A program made the position numbers and the translations under genes. DNA of 64,000 bases from an uncultured Bacteroides sp. (GTDB lineage: Bacteria > Bacteroidota > Bacteroidia > Bacteroidales > Muribaculaceae), in contig CAZBWZ010000001.1 in the NCBI GenBank assembly GCA_964495725.1, positions 5,070-69,069 of the forward strand. Reading direction: 5' to 3'. The notes below the pieces were generated by a model. That model was not told the origin of the DNA and did no database searches. It saw only the letters and a list, made by a program, of their open reading frames with translations. How positions within the stretch are numbered: position 1 is the first letter of the stretch; the number at the start of each line of letters is the position of its first letter. This document shows positions 37,703-47,800 of this stretch, piece by piece.

Positions 37703-40474
37703 TTACTTAGATGAAGTGAGCACATGCCGTCCGGATCCTACGGTACGGGGAGTTTCTTCTCCCGGCAGATAAACATCGGCCGTAGTATTTCCGGGCACTT
37801 CGACAGTGAGAATTACCGAGTTGTCGGGCTGCATCTGCCAATCCACCTCGATATCTCCGTAGAGAGAGGCTGTGCGCCCGCTTGCCCCTGTAAGACCGCA
37901 GTCATATGAGGGTTTGATGATGAAATGCTGCATACCGGGCCGTGCAGGATCAGTCCGTATGCCTAAGAGCGAACGGAACAGCCATTCGTCAAGCTGCCCC
38001 ATCATGAAGTGATTCCATGACGACCCCTGACGCGGATCCCATTGCTCGGTGAGGGTCGTGGCTCCGAATTTCTGCTGGAAGCCGTAGCCCGGAGCATCAT
38101 AATGATCGTTTATCTTCACCATCAGCGTGTCAAGGCCGTTGTCAGCCAAAGTCCTGAACAGATAGCGGTTGCCTACATCACCGGTAGTGAGCCGGTCGCC
38201 GTGAGCTTTTATGTCAGCGACAAGTGAGGAGAGCACCGCCTCGCGCCTGTCATCGGGCACCATACCTAAGTAGAGCGGAAGGGCATTAGATGTCTGGCTA
38301 CCGGTGCCGTAGGTGTTCTTGTCATTATCGAGATATTTTGCATTGAAGGCATCGCACACCTTGGCAGCAATTGCCGAGTATTGGTCAGCATCAGCTTCAT
38401 TTCCGACAAGACGGGCAGCATCGGCAAGAAGCACCAGATCCTGATAATAATGTGCTGAGGCGACCAGACCAACCGGAGTGTTACGTGAGAATCCGGCTCG
38501 GAAATCACCGTAGTCATACCAGTCTCCCAGACCGAAGTCGATGAGATTGCCCTCGGCACGTGTGCCGAGATAATCCACGTATGCTTTCATCTGAGGATAG
38601 TACTCACGTATGAGGCAGTCGTCACCGTAGACCTCATAATATTGCCATGGAGTAACCAGTAGGGTAGCTGCCCATTCCGGCGATTCGGCAAACGGCTCCA
38701 TACCCTTACCCTCGAACACGATGTACTGGGGTGCTGTGGTAGGCACCATGCCGTCGGCACGTTGCGAGTCGCTGATATCGCGCATCACCTTAGGCATAAG
38801 TGTCGCCACGTCGTAATTGTACAACAGACTCGGACCATTTAGATGCACCTGCTCCAGCCAGCCGAGTTTCTCCCTGTGCGGGCAGTCGGTGAACACGGCC
38901 TGCATATTGCTTCTCTCGGCATTGCGTATCAGGCGATGCGCGCCGGTGAGAACAGGGCTCGAACATGAAAATTCGCTCACCTCAGGAGCGGAGTTATACA
39001 CAAAGCAGGATTCAATATTATCTATCACCGGCAAGCCGTCAGGATTGGGCTGACCGGCAAGCACCGCGCCTTCTACCATAATGTATCGGTAACCATAATA
39101 CGAGAATCGGGGATGCCATGTCTCGGAGCCGTCACCCCTGAGTGTATAAGTATAGATATGCTGGCGACCCGTCTGTTTCTGGTCAGGGGCATTTTCAGGT
39201 GTCAGTCCCTCGGCAACTACCATTGTCACCTTCTGGCCCGCATGACCCCGCACAGTAATTTCGGGGAATCCGGACAGATTCTGCCCCATGTCGAGGAGTA
39301 TGGCCGAAGCATCGACTTCGCGCTTTGTCGATACAGACGCTTTGGACACCTCATCGGCAGTGAGCTTGTGGATTTTCTTCACGCCATAGCGCTCCATAAT
39401 CTTTACGGGCGGAGCCATCTGCGGCTCAAGTTTTCCCTTGGGCGCCCGTTGCACCACTACATTACGCCAACCCTTTGCATCGAATCCGGGTGTGTCCCAC
39501 CCTTTCTGCTCCAGACGCGCATCATAGTCCTCGCCGCCATACATCGAATGAAATGTTATGGGGCTGAGGTCGTACTTCCAGGATCCGTCAGTGGCCACCA
39601 TCTGCTGAGAGCCGTCAGTATAGTGTACGAGCATCTTCAGCCAAAGTGTCTCCGGGCCGAATCCGATCTGCAGCTTGCTGTACCGGTTACCCTTGACCAC
39701 ATTGTAGAATCCGTTGCCGAGCAACACACCTATGGCATTGTCACCCGCATGTATGTAGTCGGTAACATCGAAAGTATTATAATAGACGGTATGGTCGTAG
39801 TCGCTCCACAGCGGAGTGAATTCTCCATCACCCACCTTCCTGCCGTTGATGGCAAGCTCATAGTGTCCCAGACCGCACACATACACGGTGGCGTAGTCGA
39901 TATCGCGCTTCAACCCGAATGTCTTGCGCAACATGATGCTCCTGTAGGCAAGAGTATCCACCGCCGCCCAACGTGCCTTACCCACAGAGTCACGCCACGA
40001 CAGATAACTGTAGTTGCGACCGTCGGGAAAGTTGGCTTTGTTGTAGTCCACGGCACCTACCCAGTCTCCTGTCAGGAAGTCCTTGGCGGGAGCAACACGA
40101 AATTGTGCCGGCCGGCTCCAAGCAGACTCCTTTCCTGAAGCATCCCATACCTTCACACGCCAATAATACGGAGTGAGCGGACTCAGTGCCGGACCGGAAT
40201 AGTCAACCAGCTGGCTGCGGTCTGATGACACTTTACCCGAGTCCCAGACAATATTGCGTTGCTTGCCGACGGTATATACTTCAAGCTGATAGGCAGTCTG
40301 CATAGCGCCGGACCCTTGAATCTGCCATCCGAATCTCGGTGAAGCGGTAGGTAAGGCCAGAGGGTCGACAGCCATCTCGCTCGTGAGTCGTGACACCTCG
40401 ATACCATGGGTCTGCAGAATACCGCCGATGACAAGCACCATTGCCAGCAATCGACTTATTATATTCGTTTTCAT
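37703..40474 (-). CDS. GH78 alpha-L-rhamnosidase
   Basis: WDSGKV, GLGHYEL, GGEDYDAR, DMGQNLSG, FTDCPHREKLGW, GLGDW, GATTLTEQW, SWNHFMMG. Confidence 0.9.
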   Translation of the reverse strand: MKTNIISRLLAMVLVIGGILQTHGIEVSRLTSEMAVDPLALPTASPRFGWQIQGSGAMQTAYQLEVYTVGKQRNIVWDSGKVSSDRSQLVDYSGPALSPLTPYYWRVKVWDASGKESAWSRPAQFRVAPAKDFLTGDWVGAVDYNKANFPDGRNYSYLSWRDSVGKARWAAVDTLAYRSIMLRKTFGLKRDIDYATVYVCGLGHYELAINGRKVGDGEFTPLWSDYDHTVYYNTFDVTDYIHAGDNAIGVLLGNGFYNVVKGNRYSKLQIGFGPETLWLKMLVHYTDGSQQMVATDGSWKYDLSPITFHSMYGGEDYDARLEQKGWDTPGFDAKGWRNVVVQRAPKGKLEPQMAPPVKIMERYGVKKIHKLTADEVSKASVSTKREVDASAILLDMGQNLSGFPEITVRGHAGQKVTMVVAEGLTPENAPDQKQTGRQHIYTYTLRGDGSETWHPRFSYYGYRYIMVEGAVLAGQPNPDGLPVIDNIESCFVYNSAPEVSEFSCSSPVLTGAHRLIRNAERSNMQAVFTDCPHREKLGWLEQVHLNGPSLLYNYDVATLMPKVMRDISDSQRADGMVPTTAPQYIVFEGKGMEPFAESPEWAATLLVTPWQYYEVYGDDCLIREYYPQMKAYVDYLGTRAEGNLIDFGLGDWYDYGDFRAGFSRNTPVGLVASAHYYQDLVLLADAARLVGNEADADQYSAIAAKVCDAFNAKYLDNDKNTYGTGSQTSNALPLYLGMVPDDRREAVLSSLVADIKAHGDRLTTGDVGNRYLFRTLADNGLDTLMVKINDHYDAPGYGFQQKFGATTLTEQWDPRQGSSWNHFMMGQLDEWLFRSLLGIRTDPARPGMQHFIIKPSYDCGLTGASGRTASLYGDIEVDWQMQPDNSVILTVEVPGNTTADVYLPGEETPRTVGSGRHVLTSSK

Positions 40475-40534
40475 TCTTAATAGAAGATATTGCTGATTAC
40501 GTAATTCTTAACAGTGGATATTACTGATTACGGA
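40473..40534. repeat. 31-bp degenerate tandem duplication filling the intergenic spacer
   Basis: ATTCTTAATAGAAGATATTGCTGATTACGTA vs ATTCTTAACAGTGGATATTACTGATTACGGA (26/31 identical). Confidence 0.85.
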
Positions 40535-40537
40535 TAA

Positions 40538-43500
40538 TCATTTGAGGGCATCCTTGACCACGAGCCGGCCAAGGTCGGGACGGTTGCCGACAATCTTGCC
40601 ATCGACCATCACTGTCAGGCCTGTGCCCTGATGATAACGCGAACCGTCTTCATCCCATATAATGCTGACATCATGTCCGTGATAAGGCACGTTGTCAAGG
40701 CAGAACCATTTCCAGGTGCCTGCGGGCACGAGCGGATTCACCTCGATGTCGTTGTCACCACGCGGACGCAATCCGCAGAGACCGGTGATCACAAGGTCGT
40801 TGAATGTAGAATGATTGTAATACCTGCTTCGCTCCTGATCCCCCTTCAGCCAGTATCCGGTGACCTCATCAAGATATTCACCTATATAAGGACGGCCACG
40901 GTGATGCTGCGACTCCACATACAGCTTCATCTGATCGAAATATACGCTGTCACCTACAACCGGATTTTCCTCGCGGTTAAGGTAATTGGCAAAAGCCGTA
41001 AGTGTCTGGGCTGTGGCAAAGGGCCATATAGCACCGTCCCACTCACACTTGCCCACGCCACGTGTGCGGAACTCGGGATGACGCCGCTCGGCGGTGGTGA
41101 GTCCGTAGGGAGCGGAGAAGCCGTTATCATCGGTCAGCTGCAACCATGCGTTGTCGTATTTTCCTGAGTCAGGCAAGTTGAAATACCAGGGTATGTATCC
41201 GATTGCCTCGCGTACCTGTGAGAGTGTATCACCCCGCACAGTCTCGAAAAACTCATGGTCGGGATTCCACAGACGAGTCTGCACAAGCTCCTTCATGTCA
41301 GCAGCCTTGCCTTCGTATAGCTCACGGCCCGCTTCATCACCCGCAATGGCAGCGATCGCGGCAAGAGCCTTGGCGTTGCCATACATATACGAGTTGATGG
41401 TCGGACGGGCATTGTGGGTGCGTCTGCCGCCGCTGATGCTCTCCTCCATGCCGTCGGCCACATCGCGCTGCCAGTATAGGCTGTCGGGCAGACGGTGTTC
41501 ATTCTCCCATCGTGCGTATTCGGCCTTCAGGTCTGGATACATCTTGACAAGGGCGTCCCTATCACCGTCGACCAGATATCGGCCATATACAGCATCAGGA
41601 TTCCATGAGCTGAACTTCATCATCTTGGCCATCGGCTGTCCGTCGTTGCCATGATACCATGTATTGATGATACCGTCGAGATATTTCGGGTCACGCAGCC
41701 AACGGCTTTCGTAGATGTGATGGCCGATCGCACACGCTATCAGATTGTATTTATCCGCATAGTTGCGATCTACAAGAAACTCTGTCATGCCGTAGCCCAC
41801 CGGAGTATCCTTGATGTGCTTGCGCAGAGTCCACCAGCGGTAGTAGTACATCTCCTCGAGATCCTCGTCAGGACACTCAAACAGAGGGATATTCTCTTTC
41901 ATCCATGCCGATGACTCAGAGTTGGGAATCGCCTGCGCTATGTTTTCATCCTCCATGTTGTTGAAGTAGTCGGCATGATGGGCGTAATCATCATATTTCA
42001 GCACCGCCGCAGTAGCGTCGGCGTCACGTGACGATGTCTTGAAATTGGCGATACGGTATGTTGCGACAGGATCGACATCATTGGCGCGGGGCATGTCATT
42101 GGCCTGGTCGGCCTCGGTATCCACATCAGGGAAGTTGCTGTGCTGACCCGTGCGGAACACCACCCTCTCCACCTCGGCAACAGGAGCGAAGAGCATACGG
42201 GTCGCCTTCTTCTGTCCGTCGATATATACGGTGGAGTTGCGGTTGTCAAGCGAGATATCAACCTTGACATGATAAGTCTTGCCGGGCTCGTAGTCGATGA
42301 CCTTGCCATAGCGCGCACCACCCTTTGAACGCATCTGCCCGTCAGGTGTAAGATCTATACGCGCACAAGCGGTGCCTTCGTCGTCGACAAACTCTATGAG
42401 CAGGTCGCCATGATCATTCTGCTCGGCCATGAGGTCAAACTCCACGCTAAGGTCACGCGTCGGGGGTATCTTGCGTTCTACCTTAGATACGTCAAACGGG
42501 TCCTTATCACTCAGGGTGAGCCATGTCTTGCCGTCCTTGGCCTCAAGAGACACGGGTGCCCACACAGGTGAATAGATATTCCACATCGTGAGATCGGCAA
42601 GCGCCGGATAGTCGGAGAAATTCTCATCGGCATGAGATGATGCCACCGTCTGCACAGGCACGGGCACTCTCGCCGCCCACATATCCTCCTTGCCCACACT
42701 GTAGGTCACCCACAGGTCGCCGTCGGGAGGGGTACCGTTACCTTCCTGGATACCGCGTACGTATTGCGGGCCAAAAGATTTGTACTGTCCGCCGTAGCGC
42801 ATAGGAGGCACCTCGCCGTGGACGAGGTTGAGTGTGGTGTAGTCGAGGCCGTCGCCGCTGAGCGAGATAGCAAGAGGCCAACGGAATTCCGAGGGGTTGT
42901 ATACCGTGGCGTATGTGCCGTCGCTCAATTTCTGGCCCCATATCTTGGCATTACTGTTGACAAATCCCTTAGCACGGTTGACCGGCTCATACCATGTATT
43001 ACCGCCGTCGTGACTTACGGATGTGAGCGCATGTTTCCACAGGGCAGCGATATCGCCGTTGGGGAGCGTGTACCAGCAGAATGCCTTATAGGGATTCTTC
43101 AGCGGCAGAATGGGGTCGTTTCTGTCAGCCTCCTCCACCCACTGCATCCTGTAGAGCGGGTTGTCGATCAGCTCCTGACACGCCTCCCTGAATCCTTTGT
43201 CCTTGCTTTTGGTATAGAACGGATATAGGGTATTCTTCTCATTGAAGTCGTGATTATAATATATGAAATATATCGGGCCGAACGTGCCGTCCTTGTTGAT
43301 CTCACGCACCACGCGCCCTATGCCGTTGCCGTCATTCGGGTCATCCTTGGGATGCAGAGCTATGCCGTAGTTGCCGATAGCCAGAAGGCGTCCTGACTTG
43401 GATACGTAGAAGCCCACACGCTGGTGCATCACGGCATCAGTATTCTTAGCCACGGCATCATTGCCCTCCTTTTTGAATCCGTCGGGCACCGGGTAGATGG

Positions 43501-43858
43501 GAAACAGCACCTCCGGAGCAGACCAATCATATCCATCGGGCGATGTCTGCAAGAGAGTGCGACCGGCGCCCACATGCTCATCTACCGGATTCGACAGATA
43601 ACTCATGTAGAACTTCCCGTTCCAGTAGGCAAGCATCGGCTGGTGGTTGTAGGTCCAGCCATTATCGTTAGGCGCCGACAGATCATATCGACGGTTGGCC
43701 CGCATGGTCTGGATATTATGTACACCTACCGCCGGTGACAGACCTCCGTCGTGACGGTTGGGGTTTGAGAGCTTGTCGCCGGAGTAATGCACCAGATTCT
43801 CGGCGGTGGCACCTGTGGTCAGGGCCACGGCACCTATAAGCAGGAGTCGCTGTATCAT
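40538..43858 (-). CDS. Bimodular GH143 (Dha-hydrolase propeller) + GH142 (beta-L-arabinofuranosidase barrel), BT1020-like
   Basis: N-terminal WTYNHQPMLAYW..MHQRVGFY..GPQYVRGI propeller; C-terminal WMKENIPLFECPD, DGMEESISG, RPTINSYMY, CEWDGAIWPF, YYNHSTF barrel. Confidence 0.75.
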   Translation of the reverse strand: MIQRLLLIGAVALTTGATAENLVHYSGDKLSNPNRHDGGLSPAVGVHNIQTMRANRRYDLSAPNDNGWTYNHQPMLAYWNGKFYMSYLSNPVDEHVGAGRTLLQTSPDGYDWSAPEVLFPIYPVPDGFKKEGNDAVAKNTDAVMHQRVGFYVSKSGRLLAIGNYGIALHPKDDPNDGNGIGRVVREINKDGTFGPIYFIYYNHDFNEKNTLYPFYTKSKDKGFREACQELIDNPLYRMQWVEEADRNDPILPLKNPYKAFCWYTLPNGDIAALWKHALTSVSHDGGNTWYEPVNRAKGFVNSNAKIWGQKLSDGTYATVYNPSEFRWPLAISLSGDGLDYTTLNLVHGEVPPMRYGGQYKSFGPQYVRGIQEGNGTPPDGDLWVTYSVGKEDMWAARVPVPVQTVASSHADENFSDYPALADLTMWNIYSPVWAPVSLEAKDGKTWLTLSDKDPFDVSKVERKIPPTRDLSVEFDLMAEQNDHGDLLIEFVDDEGTACARIDLTPDGQMRSKGGARYGKVIDYEPGKTYHVKVDISLDNRNSTVYIDGQKKATRMLFAPVAEVERVVFRTGQHSNFPDVDTEADQANDMPRANDVDPVATYRIANFKTSSRDADATAAVLKYDDYAHHADYFNNMEDENIAQAIPNSESSAWMKENIPLFECPDEDLEEMYYYRWWTLRKHIKDTPVGYGMTEFLVDRNYADKYNLIACAIGHHIYESRWLRDPKYLDGIINTWYHGNDGQPMAKMMKFSSWNPDAVYGRYLVDGDRDALVKMYPDLKAEYARWENEHRLPDSLYWQRDVADGMEESISGGRRTHNARPTINSYMYGNAKALAAIAAIAGDEAGRELYEGKAADMKELVQTRLWNPDHEFFETVRGDTLSQVREAIGYIPWYFNLPDSGKYDNAWLQLTDDNGFSAPYGLTTAERRHPEFRTRGVGKCEWDGAIWPFATAQTLTAFANYLNREENPVVGDSVYFDQMKLYVESQHHRGRPYIGEYLDEVTGYWLKGDQERSRYYNHSTFNDLVITGLCGLRPRGDNDIEVNPLVPAGTWKWFCLDNVPYHGHDVSIIWDEDGSRYHQGTGLTVMVDGKIVGNRPDLGRLVVKDALK

Positions 43859-44829
43859 TTCTGTTTGCTTAAATCAATGAGATTATCCACAACCTTACGG
43901 GGAGCCTTGAAGATTGTGCCATGTTTGTGCCCCGACGGAACGGATACCACATCGGTAACATCAGTAAAATGCTCGAAATCGTTTGTCTTTTGGGCACTGT
44001 AGATAAACTTGCGGTAGGTATCATAATAGATATAGTAATCGTCACCTACCTTTGCTACTGACGGGCCCTCGGTGAATGATTCGGTGAATGGCTCGGATGC
44101 CGGTCCGTAAGGGCCTTCGGCATCCTTTGCAAACGCTACCTTGATATTGCGGTTGGGACGGGTATTGTCCTTGACCACCATCACATAATCGTTGTCACCG
44201 CGCTTGACCAGAGTAGCATCGATGCAGCTGAATCCGGGGTCGTAGAACAGACGAGGCTCGGAGAATGTCTCGAAATCCTTTGTGGTCACAACATAGAGGC
44301 GGTGATTATTCTTGGGATCCTCGACTCCGACCTCGAAATTGGCATCGGGTACACACGAGGCGTACACGATAAGAAACTGGTCTTTCACATCATCGTAGAA
44401 TAGCTCGGGGGCCCATAGATTCTGGGTGCTCGCCACATTGTCCATGGCCGGAATACGACGCTCGGGAGTCCAGTTCACGAGATCCTTAGAACTGGAGTAG
44501 CCGAATCCGGTATCCCCCTTCCAGGCAATCGTCCACACCAGATGGTATGTACCGTCAGGACCTACCACTATTGATGGGTCGCGCATGATATTCTGGCCAA
44601 TCTCTGGCTTGAGCCATGTGCCGGCGATGCTGTCCCAGTGTACGCCATCTTCGCTGTAAAGGAATCTCAGGCCCTCGTCGGCAGGTTCGTGAAACGATGT
44701 GAACATGTACACATCTCCACCATTATTATCACATTTACCGCAGCATCCGTGTTTTTGATTACTCGGGCCCGATGACATCAGTCCCATAGCAAGAGCCGCA
44801 GATAATATTGTTGTCGCGAATATTTTCAT
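43855..44829 (-). CDS. GH43 family (GH43_18-like) alpha-L-arabinofuranosidase
   Basis: YMFTSFHEP, MRDPSI, WAPELFYD, CIDATL, TEGPS, HKHGTI; ATGA overlap with the next gene. Confidence 0.78.
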   Translation of the reverse strand: MKIFATTILSAALAMGLMSSGPSNQKHGCCGKCDNNGGDVYMFTSFHEPADEGLRFLYSEDGVHWDSIAGTWLKPEIGQNIMRDPSIVVGPDGTYHLVWTIAWKGDTGFGYSSSKDLVNWTPERRIPAMDNVASTQNLWAPELFYDDVKDQFLIVYASCVPDANFEVGVEDPKNNHRLYVVTTKDFETFSEPRLFYDPGFSCIDATLVKRGDNDYVMVVKDNTRPNRNIKVAFAKDAEGPYGPASEPFTESFTEGPSVAKVGDDYYIYYDTYRKFIYSAQKTNDFEHFTDVTDVVSVPSGHKHGTIFKAPRKVVDNLIDLSKQK

Positions 44830-44845
44830 GGCTATAAATTTTCTG

Positions 44846-47800
44846 TTATTTATTCATTTCTTTTGCTGTCTTCTCCAGCACCTTGGGATCAATCTCACTG
44901 TACTTGATACGCTGTCTGCGCCATGTGTATACGGCGTGCAGCTTGCCGTCCTTACCCTGGATTATGCTCGGATATGAATACTGGCTCACCGGGCTGTCTT
45001 CGAGTGTGAGCACATTGGTCCAGTTGGTACCGTCGTCAGAGATTGCCACACACAGAGGATTACGCACACCTTTGGGTGTACCGGGAATCGTGGCGAAATC
45101 ATTGTATATCAATACATGCTTACCGTCGGCAAGAGTCACGGCATCTGTGCCTGAGTTGTTGTTAGGCATGTCTATCAGGGTCATGGGTGTCCATGTCGTG
45201 CCGTTGTCATCGCTATAGCTTGTAGCGATCTTGGAGTTGCGTGTACGGCAAAGTATCTGCAATCTGCCGTCGGCGAGTTCCAGGATACTCGGCTGTATCG
45301 CATATATCGGCTCTATGTAGTCGCGGTCGCTGCGGAAAGTTGAGTCGGTAGGCAGCTCACCTGTCGAGCTCCATGTCTTGCCTCCGTCATCACTGTATTC
45401 CATCCACACACGCCATCCTTTGCCTTCGCGGCTGCTTGGCGCGAGGATACGGCCGTCGATATATTCGGGTTTGTTCTTGATAGGGCCGAGGATACCGTCG
45501 GGCAGCGGCTCACGCTGTGACCATGTGCGGCCACCGTCATTTGACTTCACAACCCAGCCGGTCCAGTCGCCGACATTCGAGCCTATCTTATAGTATAGCA
45601 TTATCTCATCCTGACCCGGAATACGGAACAGCACCGGATTCCAGCAAGCCTTACGACGAGAATTTTCCATGTCACCGTCGAAATGCGGACCCACAGGCCC
45701 CTTGGATGCGGGTGTTGTCTCTGCGTTTATTCCGGTCAGACCAGCCTTGGCTATATCGGGGTCATTGAGGTTGAACACACCGTCGGCAGCTATTTCCGGA
45801 GCGGTCCACTCGGTCGCGCCTTTGAGCTTACGGCACACCCAGATCACACAATCGGGATTCTTTTCCTTTGTACCACCGAAGAATGCGGCCACAAGGTCGC
45901 CATTCTCAAGCTCAAGGATAGTGGAGCCATGACACTCCGGAAAAGACGACTTCTCATACAGGAACTGATCGGTGAGCAGACCCGCACGATTCTGTCCGAG
46001 CGCTGGATCTACATCTATATTAAATGTGTAGCTGCCCGACCCAACTGTCCAATATGAATTATTACCCTCGCTGCGCACGTATTTGGCACCTGGAGCCTTG
46101 ACGGCATTTTTGTAGGGGGTAGGCACTACAACGGTGGCAGTAGTGTTGCAGGGTATCACGATATTCCATTTGATGTGCATGGGAGTCTTGACCCAACTGC
46201 CTTCGAGCACACCGTAAGGCGTGTTGTAAGTAGCGCTCACGCTGTCGAGCTGCTGTATCGAGAAGTCGGGTTTAAGCAATATCTCCTTATAGCCGGGCTT
46301 GGCGGGATTGAATCCGGCAAGATCCTGATAATACCAGTTGAGCAGATCGCCGAGCATCATCACATGATTGTTGCTGTTCATTCGCCAGTCAGCCGTGTCG
46401 CCGTTCCAGAGCTCCCATATCGTGGTCGCTCCCTTTGATATCTCATATCCGTAGCTGGGATATGTAGTGTTGGTGGCGAGCATCGCAGCCACATCGCCAC
46501 GACCAATCTCGGAGAGAAGCCGCATGAGCCAGTTGACACCGATCACTCCCGTGGAGATATGACCGTTGTTGGTCTCGACAATTGTCTTGATAAGGTTGTC
46601 GGCCACAGCCTGGCTGTATTTTTCAGGCACCATGCCGAATGCGAGAGGCAGCACATTGGCTGTCGCCGTATTGTTTCCGTAGAAGATACTGTCAGGATAC
46701 AGGATATGGGGAGTCTTGACCGGAGATGTGCCCTCCTTAACGGTCAGGAACTTGGCATTGAAGGCATCCTTGACCTTGTCGGCATCTGCCTCCCATTGCT
46801 CAGCCTGAGCGTCAAGACCCTGCAGACGGGCGAATTTGGCCATCAGCTGACACATCTTGTAATAATATGCCGAGGCGATAAGCACACCATCGGTCTTGCG
46901 GGCCGGATCCTGACTGTGTACAAGCTCAGGCTTCTCAGGCGGGACGCACCAGTCACCGTATTTATCGGCAGTGATAAGACCCTGCTTATCAGTATAATCC
47001 TCACGAATATGTCGCATCCATCTGGCCATGGCATCATAATTACGGAGTATGGGCTGGATATTGCCTGTCTGCTCATAAAGCATGTCACACACCACGGGGA
47101 GTGTGGATGACCATGTCATGTCGGAGGTATAGTAATTGTAGAAAGCGGGAGCTATGTCGGGCAGACATCCGTCCTCACGCTGTGATTGACGCATGTCATC
47201 CATCCACTTGGCATAGAATGTGCCGTTATTGAATAGGAAGTTCTCGCCCCATGTGCCCATATTGTGATCACCTGTCCACGGCTGACGCTCGTCACGCTGC
47301 GGGCAATCCACAGGCACACCCTTGTAGTTGCTCGCGATACCCCACCACGCATTACGGTGGATGGCATTGAGTATATCGTTGGAGCTGGCAAATGATCCGT
47401 TGTCAGGCAGATTATCATATACGAATTCAGCCTCGATGTCCTCCTGGCTCAGATTATCTATACCGTCAACCTCTACATACTGAAAACCATGGTAAGAGAA
47501 CTTCGGGCTCCACTTGGCACCCTTCTCCTTGCCGTTGGCCACATAGCGGTCTGTACTCTGGGCATGACGCAGATTCTCGACACTCAGGGCAGTGCTGTCT
47601 TGAGTCATGCGCTCGGCATATCTGATGGTGACTGTATCGCCCTCAGCCACATCTTTAACAGATATCTTCACCCATCCGGCCATGTTCTGACCGAAGTCCA
47701 CGATATATTTATCACCAATCTTCTTGATGGTCTTTGGCATGAGAGTACGCATCACCTTCATGTTGGGGGCAGTGTTGCCTCGGAGCACTCCGTAGGGCAG

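Noticed and set aside
39113-40138. 341-aa plus-strand ORF, and similar ones at 12014-12712, 23066-23758, 26737-27300 and 36919-37488
   Set aside because: Antisense shadows of well-supported minus-strand genes. No recognisable motifs; expected from codon bias in GC-rich coding DNA.
40473-40534. 31-bp repeats as a degenerate CRISPR
   Set aside because: Only two adjacent copies, no spacer and no cas genes.
35071-40534. TTACGGA recurring in intergenic regions (35071, 36141, 40528)
   Set aside because: A 7-mer at inconsistent positions relative to promoters; cannot be distinguished from chance.
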